This document shows positions 58,656 through 64,000 of a DNA stretch of 64,000 nt, piece by piece. The stretch covers positions 4,987 to 68,986 of the forward strand of contig CAMVCL010000002.1 in the NCBI GenBank assembly GCA_947165975.1. Direction: 5' to 3'. The position numbers and the translations under genes are program-made. Position 1 is the stretch's first letter, and every line of letters begins with the position of its first letter. The notes below the pieces were generated by a model. The model did no database searches. It was not told where the DNA came from and was given only the letters and a program-made list of their open reading frames with translations. Origin of the DNA: an uncultured Candidatus Saccharibacteria bacterium (GTDB lineage: Bacteria; Patescibacteriota; Saccharimonadia; Saccharimonadales; Saccharimonadaceae).

Positions 58656-59102
58656 ATGTTTGAGATTGAAAGCAAAAAACCAGAAGAAATCACTATTTTG
58701 ACCAAAAAAACCACTATTAAATTTAATATTGAAGATTCTGTTATTGATGCAGGTCTTGCAGTTGGCAAGATCACTGGCCCTGGCGAGTTTGAAGTGGGCG
58801 ATGCTACTATTCGAGGTATTGCTACCGAGAGCGGAAAAACTATTTATGATGTTGAAGTTGGCGGTGTTCATATCGGCATTATCGGTGGCATCGAGGAAAA
58901 CCTTGATGATATTGTTGCTGATATTCTCTGTACTTCCTCTGTTCGTGCTATTCGTGAAATCGAACCAAAACTGATTATTGCTATGGGAAACGTAGACGGT
59001 ATGGTTGCTGAACTAAAATTAACTGCCCGTACCGAGAAAAAACTTAAGGTTAAAAATCTCGACTCTCTTTCTACGACTAAAGAAGTGGTGGTGCTTAACT
59101 GA
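58656..59102 (+). CDS. hypothetical protein (possibly a truncated MBL-fold-like beta-sandwich)
   Basis: 148-aa ORF with GGAGG SD. No catalytic motif recognised. Confidence 0.35.
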   Translation: MFEIESKKPEEITILTKKTTIKFNIEDSVIDAGLAVGKITGPGEFEVGDATIRGIATESGKTIYDVEVGGVHIGIIGGIEENLDDIVADILCTSSVRAIREIEPKLIIAMGNVDGMVAELKLTARTEKKLKVKNLDSLSTTKEVVVLN

Positions 59103-59169
59103 TGCTCGTAAGATGGGTTGGGTCAGGAATGAATATAATTGACAGCACTTATGAGGAGATTTCTGAGGC

Positions 59170-59814
59170 ATGAATGGTAACATATTGTATATTATTATCG
59201 TTCTGGTGATTATAATAGGTTCGGTAATTATGCACGAACTCTCTCATGGTATTGTGGCTTACTGGCTCGGTGATAATACTGCCAAAGAAGCTGGCCGCCT
59301 CAGTTTTAATCCCATAAAGCATATTGATCCATATATGTCTATCCTTGTCCCCGTCGTATTATATATTTTAAATGCTCCAGTCTTTGGTGGCGCTAAACCC
59401 GTTCCGATCAACACGGCGAATCTTAAGTGGAAAGAATGGGGCATGGCTTTAGTTGCCTTTGCTGGTCCATTCATGAATTTTCTCTTATCGTTTGCCTTTT
59501 TCTTGATCGGCCACTTTACTGGGATGCTTTATGGCTCATTCGGGGAATTACCTGCCTTTATCTTTAAGGAGGCAGTATTCGTTAACCTTGGTTTTATGCT
59601 TTTTAACTTAATTCCAATTCCGCCCTTAGATGGTTCGCGTATCCTTTATGCTATTTCGCCAGATTATTTTCGCAATTTTCTTATGAATTTAGAGCAATAC
59701 GGCATCTTTATAGTCTATTTTATGATTTTCTTCTTCAGCGAAATCTTTTCACATCTTATCATTGGCGGTATGGACGCCGTCATCAATTTCTATTACTGGG
59801 TAGTCGGCGCTTAA
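59170..59814 (+). CDS. site-2 protease family (M50) membrane metalloprotease
   Basis: HELSHGIVAYWLGD (HExxH) and NLIPIPPLDGS motifs, with multiple TM helices. Confidence 0.85.
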   Translation: MNGNILYIIIVLVIIIGSVIMHELSHGIVAYWLGDNTAKEAGRLSFNPIKHIDPYMSILVPVVLYILNAPVFGGAKPVPINTANLKWKEWGMALVAFAGPFMNFLLSFAFFLIGHFTGMLYGSFGELPAFIFKEAVFVNLGFMLFNLIPIPPLDGSRILYAISPDYFRNFLMNLEQYGIFIVYFMIFFFSEIFSHLIIGGMDAVINFYYWVVGA

Positions 59815-60521
59815 TCGAATTTCCACTCAAAACTTGGATTATTGCGGTCAACGTGTCCAGTAGTTACTTTGCAACCAAAGATTTTTTTAAGTAATTTAGC
59901 TAGCTCCTCTGTAGCCTTATCAACCTCTTTATCGTTGATCCCTTTAAAACCATCAATAGGGAAGAATACATAGGATGTCTCAGCATCAATTTTGCCGCGT
60001 TCTCCCTGACGCCACGCCCAACGTCTTGTACGAATCTCATTCGCCACGATATAGGCTACCTCATCTTTGTCAGGTTTTTCTACTTCGGTGGAGCCCATCG
60101 GTATGAAAGTGTCCTTTTCGTTAGCATAACGCATCTCTATATTTGCTCTATCGTTAAAAAGTCTGTGTGTTCCCATTGGCAAATTATGTTTTAAAGAGAT
60201 TGCATTGTTCAAATCGACTAAGGGGTTGATGCTCGGTACTCTTTTGCCTTTAGATATTCTAGTAAATAAAGCCTCAACCGAACACTGATACCTATTCGGA
60301 TTAATACCTAATTTCGAAAAAGCTTCACGGTAGGGGATGATCAGCGGATCTTCCTTAACTTTTTTATCTAAAAACTTTTTTTCTGCCAATTTGATTGATG
60401 AGTCAAGCATCTTATCTATCTCCGGATAATGTTTGCTATTGTCGACGCCTTTTGCAACAACTACTCCAATATACAGATTATCGATTTTTTCAAATATTCT
60501 CTTATCGACAACAAATTTCAT
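59811..60521 (-). CDS. B3/B4 tRNA-binding-domain protein (PheT B3_4-like stand-alone)
   Basis: MKFVVDKRIFEKIDNLYIGVVVAKGVDN... is typical of stand-alone B3/4 proteins. SD GGAG lies 6 nt before the ATG at 60521; the ORF track starts at 60548. Confidence 0.55.
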   Translation of the reverse strand: MKFVVDKRIFEKIDNLYIGVVVAKGVDNSKHYPEIDKMLDSSIKLAEKKFLDKKVKEDPLIIPYREAFSKLGINPNRYQCSVEALFTRISKGKRVPSINPLVDLNNAISLKHNLPMGTHRLFNDRANIEMRYANEKDTFIPMGSTEVEKPDKDEVAYIVANEIRTRRWAWRQGERGKIDAETSYVFFPIDGFKGINDKEVDKATEELAKLLKKIFGCKVTTGHVDRNNPSFEWKFD

Positions 60522-60744
60522 ATTGACTCCATTATTATATTTATTCATTATATCATAGCTTGTCCCAGAGAATTTTATCTGCTATAATAAAAGTAGCCCT
60601 GTTGGCAGCATGATTTTCCTGAATAATCATGTTATAGGGATTTCGTGGCGCTACACCCGTGGGTGTAGGGCATAAGAATTTACCCACCTTGTATATATTA
60701 CGGGGAAAACAGGTCGACAGGGTTTTATGATGATAAGAGGTGGG

Positions 60745-61593
60745 ATGAAACAAAGAATCCGTGTAGTTGGAATTATTAAAAATGATGAGGGGGTTTTAAT
60801 TTTTAAACGCAGCCGGGGTCGTAGTGAATCGCCGGTTTTTTGGGAGCTTCCTACTGGTAAAATTAAATTTGGTGAACAGCCCGAAGAGGCTATGGCGCGT
60901 TCTCTTACTGAATATACAGGATTAAACGCTAGTAATGTCAAATTGAAGGATGTCATTACATTTTTAGCGCCAGAAGATTCAAGTCAGCTTAGCAATCTTT
61001 ATATCGTCTATGAACTTGGCATAAATGGCGAGATTAAGCCAATCCCGCGCGATCGTTATACCGCCTACAAATTTGTTAAAGATTTCGCTAATTCAACTAT
61101 TCGTTTAAATGAAACTAGTATGTCAGTAATCGAGATTGAGGAAGAAAAAACTTCTCCAGGCAGAATCTCCTCTCGAGATACCGCTAACTCAGTCACTATC
61201 AACGTCGATGGAGCTTCTCGGGGCAATCCTGGCCCTTCGGGTATCGGCTATTGCATTCATGATAACACTGGTCAAATTATTGAAAAAGGCGGTGAATTCA
61301 TTGGTTTTGCCACCTCTCGCGTGGCCGAATATTGTGCCATGCGCAAAGGGTTAGAACGGGCTATCGAACTTGGCTATAAGACCTGCCGCTTCATCGCCGA
61401 TAGCTTGATGGTGGTAAACCAATTAAACGGTGTTTTTAGCGTAAAAAACCAAGATATTATGCCTATCTACAAAGATATTCAAGGAAAATTAGACCAGTTT
61501 GAAGCCGTTTCGTTTACTCATGTCCCACGTAGCAAAAATGCCATTGCCGACTCTGAGGCTAATATCGCAATCGATAAAATATTGCGAAAATAG
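60745..61593 (+). CDS. rnhA: fusion protein: degenerate Nudix domain + RNase HI-type ribonuclease H
   Basis: The Nudix box reads GKIKFGEQPEEAMARSLTEYTGL. RNase H DEDD residues sit in INVDGASRGNPGPSGIG, VAEYCAM, IADSLMV, NAIADSEAN. An alternative start is 60727. Confidence 0.7.
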   Translation: MKQRIRVVGIIKNDEGVLIFKRSRGRSESPVFWELPTGKIKFGEQPEEAMARSLTEYTGLNASNVKLKDVITFLAPEDSSQLSNLYIVYELGINGEIKPIPRDRYTAYKFVKDFANSTIRLNETSMSVIEIEEEKTSPGRISSRDTANSVTINVDGASRGNPGPSGIGYCIHDNTGQIIEKGGEFIGFATSRVAEYCAMRKGLERAIELGYKTCRFIADSLMVVNQLNGVFSVKNQDIMPIYKDIQGKLDQFEAVSFTHVPRSKNAIADSEANIAIDKILRK

Positions 61594-61616
61594 CCCAATT
61601 ATGGTATAATTAATTC

Positions 61617-62129
61617 ATGTCAACAGATAGTCATACCCTAAATATTATCGGTTCAACCGAGTATGTCGAAATCGCTGGTGTTAAAAATATTCCCGCGAAG
61701 ATCGATACGGGTGCCGATTCTTCGGCTATCTGGGCTTCCGACATTAATATTTCAGAGGATGGCGCTCTGATTTTTTGTTTATTTGATCAAAAATCGCCTC
61801 TTTATACTGGTAAAAAACTAAAAACCCGAGATTTTGCTGCTAAAATGGTGCGCTCTTCTCATGGTGACACAGAGGTGCGCTACCGAGTAAAACTCAAACT
61901 AAAGATTGCTAGTAAATCTTTTGAAACTAACTTCACTCTAGCTAATCGTTCACGTAATAAATTCCCAGTGTTGATTGGACGTCGTACCCTTCATAAAAAA
62001 GGATTCATTGTTGATGTTTCGAAATCTTCCGTAGCACGACAGAAACCTAAAACTAGTGTAGAATTGAATCAGGAATTAAAAAAGAATCCACACGAATTCC
62101 ATCAAAAATACATCAAAGGAGTAGAATAA
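61617..62129 (+). CDS. RimK-associated retropepsin-like protease (DUF785 / ATP-dependent zinc protease family)
   Basis: IPAKIDTGADSSAIWA...PVLIGRRTL, immediately upstream of rimK. TGgTATAAT lies 6 nt before the ATG. Confidence 0.65.
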   Translation: MSTDSHTLNIIGSTEYVEIAGVKNIPAKIDTGADSSAIWASDINISEDGALIFCLFDQKSPLYTGKKLKTRDFAAKMVRSSHGDTEVRYRVKLKLKIASKSFETNFTLANRSRNKFPVLIGRRTLHKKGFIVDVSKSSVARQKPKTSVELNQELKKNPHEFHQKYIKGVE

Positions 62130-62130
62130 A

Positions 62131-63039
62131 ATGAAAATTGCTATTTTATCAAACGGACCAGGGAATTATTCTACTAAGCGCCTAGTTGAAGAGGCCAAGA
62201 AGCGCGGTCACCAGGTCGCAGTTATTAAATATAAAAATTGTTATCTAGCACTAGACGATAAGCATCCAGACGTGTATTATGACGGCGAAAAACTGTTAAA
62301 ATATGACGCCATTTTGCCACGCATTTCGAATTCCATGACTCGGTATGGATGTGCAGTAGTTAGGCAGTTTGAAATGCAAGGAGTATACACTGCCGCATCC
62401 TCTGTAGCTATCACTCGTTCACGCGATAAACTTCGCGCAGCTCAAATTCTGGCAAAATATGATGTAGACACCCCGAAAACCTTGGTCTCACGCAATACTT
62501 CTGACATCGATGATCTGCTAGAACAGATTGGTCTTCCGGTAATAATCAAACTTGCCAAGGGCACTCACGGCAACGGTGTGATCTTAGCTGACACTAGAAA
62601 AGCCGCCAAATCAGCACTCCAGGCCTTCTATCTTTATAATGAAGATGGCACCAATATCCTTCTTCAAGAGTATATTAAAGAATCCGCTGGTACAGATATT
62701 CGTGCTTTTGTTGTGGGCAATCAAGTAGTTGCCTCAATGCAACGAGAGTCTTTAGATGACGATTTCCGTTCGAATATTCATCAGGGGGGATCTGGCAAAC
62801 CTATTAAGTTGACTAATCAAGAGAAAAAGACTGCTATTAAGGCCGCCAAAGCTATGGGGCTTCATATCTGTGGCGTTGATTTAATGCGTTCTGAACGTGG
62901 CCCACTAGTATTAGAGGTAAATGCATCACCAGGTTTTGCTATTGAAAAAATCACTGGACGCGATGTTGCCTCGAAAATAATTGAGTATATCGAGCGCAAT
63001 GCTAAACGTCGCCATAGTAAAGATAAGATTGGCGCATAA
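62131..63039 (+). CDS. rimK: ribosomal protein S6 glutamate ligase RimK (ATP-grasp)
   Basis: LPVIIKLAKGTHGNGVIL, LQEYIKESAGTDIRAFVVGNQVVASMQR, CGVDLMRSERGPLVLEVNASPG. Confidence 0.88.
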   Translation: MKIAILSNGPGNYSTKRLVEEAKKRGHQVAVIKYKNCYLALDDKHPDVYYDGEKLLKYDAILPRISNSMTRYGCAVVRQFEMQGVYTAASSVAITRSRDKLRAAQILAKYDVDTPKTLVSRNTSDIDDLLEQIGLPVIIKLAKGTHGNGVILADTRKAAKSALQAFYLYNEDGTNILLQEYIKESAGTDIRAFVVGNQVVASMQRESLDDDFRSNIHQGGSGKPIKLTNQEKKTAIKAAKAMGLHICGVDLMRSERGPLVLEVNASPGFAIEKITGRDVASKIIEYIERNAKRRHSKDKIGA

Positions 63040-63061
63040 CAATCGAATATGGTATAATATT

Positions 63062-63400
63062 GAGGAGCCTGAAAGGCAGTCGCTTAGGTTTTCTAAGAGG
63101 AAAGTCCGGGCAACATAGAGCATGGTAGTCGCTAACGGCGACCGTCCGTAAGGATAGGGAAAGTACCACAGAAACTTATACCGCCCCCTCAGGGGTAAGG
63201 GTGAAAAGAGTGAGGTAAGAGCTCACAGCGTCTCGTAGCGATATGAGATGGAGGCAAACCCTACCTGTTGCAAGGAGTGCTAATCGACCTGGCTCGGGTA
63301 CGCACGCTTACCGCTAGAGTGCTATAGCAATGTAGTGCCAAGATAGATGATTGCCAGTCTTCTCTGAAGATTACAAAACCCGGCTTAAAGATGGCTCACA
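63062..63400 (+). ncRNA. rnpB: RNase P RNA, bacterial type A
   Basis: GAGGAAAGTCCGGGC (P4 5' strand), ACAGAAA, GGTAAGGGTGAAA, ACAAAACCCGGCTTA (P4 3' strand), and P1 GAGCC/GGCTC. TGgTATAAT at 63050..63058. The ends are approximate. Confidence 0.88.
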
Positions 63401-63402
63401 TC

Positions 63403-63429
63403 AAAAAACCACCCGAGGGGTGGTTTTTT
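63403..63429. terminator. bidirectional intrinsic terminator (aaaaaaccaccc-gag-gggtggtttttt)
   Basis: GC stem with A-run and T-run flanks, between rnpB and the convergent rpmB. Confidence 0.85.
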
Positions 63430-63435
63430 GATAAA

Positions 63436-63663
63436 TTATTTATTCGATTTCTTTTCGGCACGTGCCTTTGGAGATTCAATCAAACCCTTTTTCTTCAAAG
63501 TACGAAGTGCAGATGTTGAAACGTTAGCTTTCACTTTTTGTCCATTGATTACAAGAGTTCGCTTAGATACATTTGGTTTGAAAACTTTGCGAGTATGGCG
63601 TTGGGAGAAGGAAACGTTGTGACCATACATCTTGCCTTTGCCGGTGATTTCACAAATAGCCAT
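63436..63663 (-). CDS. rpmB: 50S ribosomal protein L28
   Basis: MAICEITGKGKMYGHNVSFSQRHTRKVFKPNV is an L28 signature. Confidence 0.9.
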   Translation of the reverse strand: MAICEITGKGKMYGHNVSFSQRHTRKVFKPNVSKRTLVINGQKVKANVSTSALRTLKKKGLIESPKARAEKKSNK

Positions 63664-63664
63664 T

Positions 63665-64000
63665 TTATTTCTCCTTTACCGAATTAACAATTGCTTTGAA
63701 TGCTTCAGGATTATTGACTGCTAAATCGGCCAAAACTTTACGGTCAAGATTTATGTTTTTAGCCTTCATACCAGCGATCAATTGGGAGTAGGAAACGCCA
63801 AGCTCCCTAGAAGCATTATTAATGCGCGCAATCCAAAGGGAACGAAGATCGCGCTTGCGATTACGCCTATCGCGATAACTATAAGACAAAGCCTTAATCA
63901 CGCCCTGCTTGCCGAGACGATAGCTACGGCGGCGATAGTGTTGCATACCCTTAGTTTTGTTCAATAATTTCTTATGTTTCGCGTGTGCCGCGACACCTCT
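63665..64000 (-). CDS. rplT: 50S ribosomal protein L20 (5' end beyond the window)
   Basis: ...RGVAAHAKHKKLLNKTKGMQHYRRRSYRLGKQ...YRDRRNRKRDLRSLWIARINNA. The frame stays open to the window edge, so the true start is outside. Confidence 0.9.
   Translation of the reverse strand, partial: RGVAAHAKHKKLLNKTKGMQHYRRRSYRLGKQGVIKALSYSYRDRRNRKRDLRSLWIARINNASRELGVSYSQLIAGMKAKNINLDRKVLADLAVNNPEAFKAIVNSVKEK

Noticed and set aside
60553-60956. Minus-strand ORFs 60553..60753 and 60651..60956.
   Set aside because: They overlap the leader and the 5' part of the well-supported Nudix-RNase H gene, and have no motif or start context.
63428-63622. 64-aa plus-strand ORF.
   Set aside because: It is antisense to the clearly recognisable rpmB (L28) gene.
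1-64000. Alternative genetic code (UGA = Gly or Trp, as in some CPR lineages).
   Set aside because: TGA terminates well-defined genes at the expected lengths (mutM at 14384..14386, the kinase at 7564..7566). No conserved gene is broken by in-frame TGA.

Overview
This is a gene-dense, moderately AT-rich 64-kb chromosomal segment. Its gene content reads like a reduced-genome, Gram-positive-type Patescibacteria/CPR organism, most plausibly a Saccharibacteria-like one. That placement is an inference from short housekeeping genes, an LPNTG cell-wall anchor and many orphan membrane or surface proteins. The genetic code is standard, because TGA terminates mutM and the 7000..7566 ORF. Housekeeping backbone: mscL, dnaG-rpoD, polA, mutM, rpsT, rpsU, adk-map, ftsA-ftsZ-nrdR, mscS, ileS, rplU, parAB, lepB, htrA, prmC-prfA, nrdDG, rel, thrS-miaA, rimK, RNase P RNA and rpmB-rplT, plus four tRNAs (Asp-GTC, Val-CAC, Thr-CGT, Val-TAC). 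I saw no CRISPR array, transposase, integrase or rRNA. The observations that look most novel are these. (1) The class III ribonucleotide reductase appears split. nrdD (44955..47150) stops right after its Zn-ribbon and lacks the glycyl-radical tail. A 146-aa gene 32 kb away on the other strand (12241..12681) carries a textbook NrdD-type RxxGY...VKH glycyl-radical motif. Both genes sit behind a pair of NrdR-box-like palindromes with identical 33-bp spacing. (2) At 27.6-36.7 kb, two paralogous cassettes each pair a small helical protein with a giant membrane/surface protein. The large proteins end in (T-G-x-E-G)n tandem repeats and a shared C-terminal module. The cassettes flank an LPNTG surface protein and are followed by an extra RimK-like ATP-grasp ligase. 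(3) Metal or Cys ligands and catalytic residues are repeatedly lost in otherwise recognisable domains: the DnaG Zn-ribbon, the NrdR Zn-ribbon, an NrdH-like protein, an NrnA-like DHH domain, a Nudix box and a MurI-like protein. (4) Promoter architecture is dominated by TGnTATAAT boxes 6-9 nt from the start codon, implying leaderless mRNAs. This includes two palindromic TATAATTATA cores serving divergent genes. All functional calls rest on motif recognition by eye, and no database search was possible.
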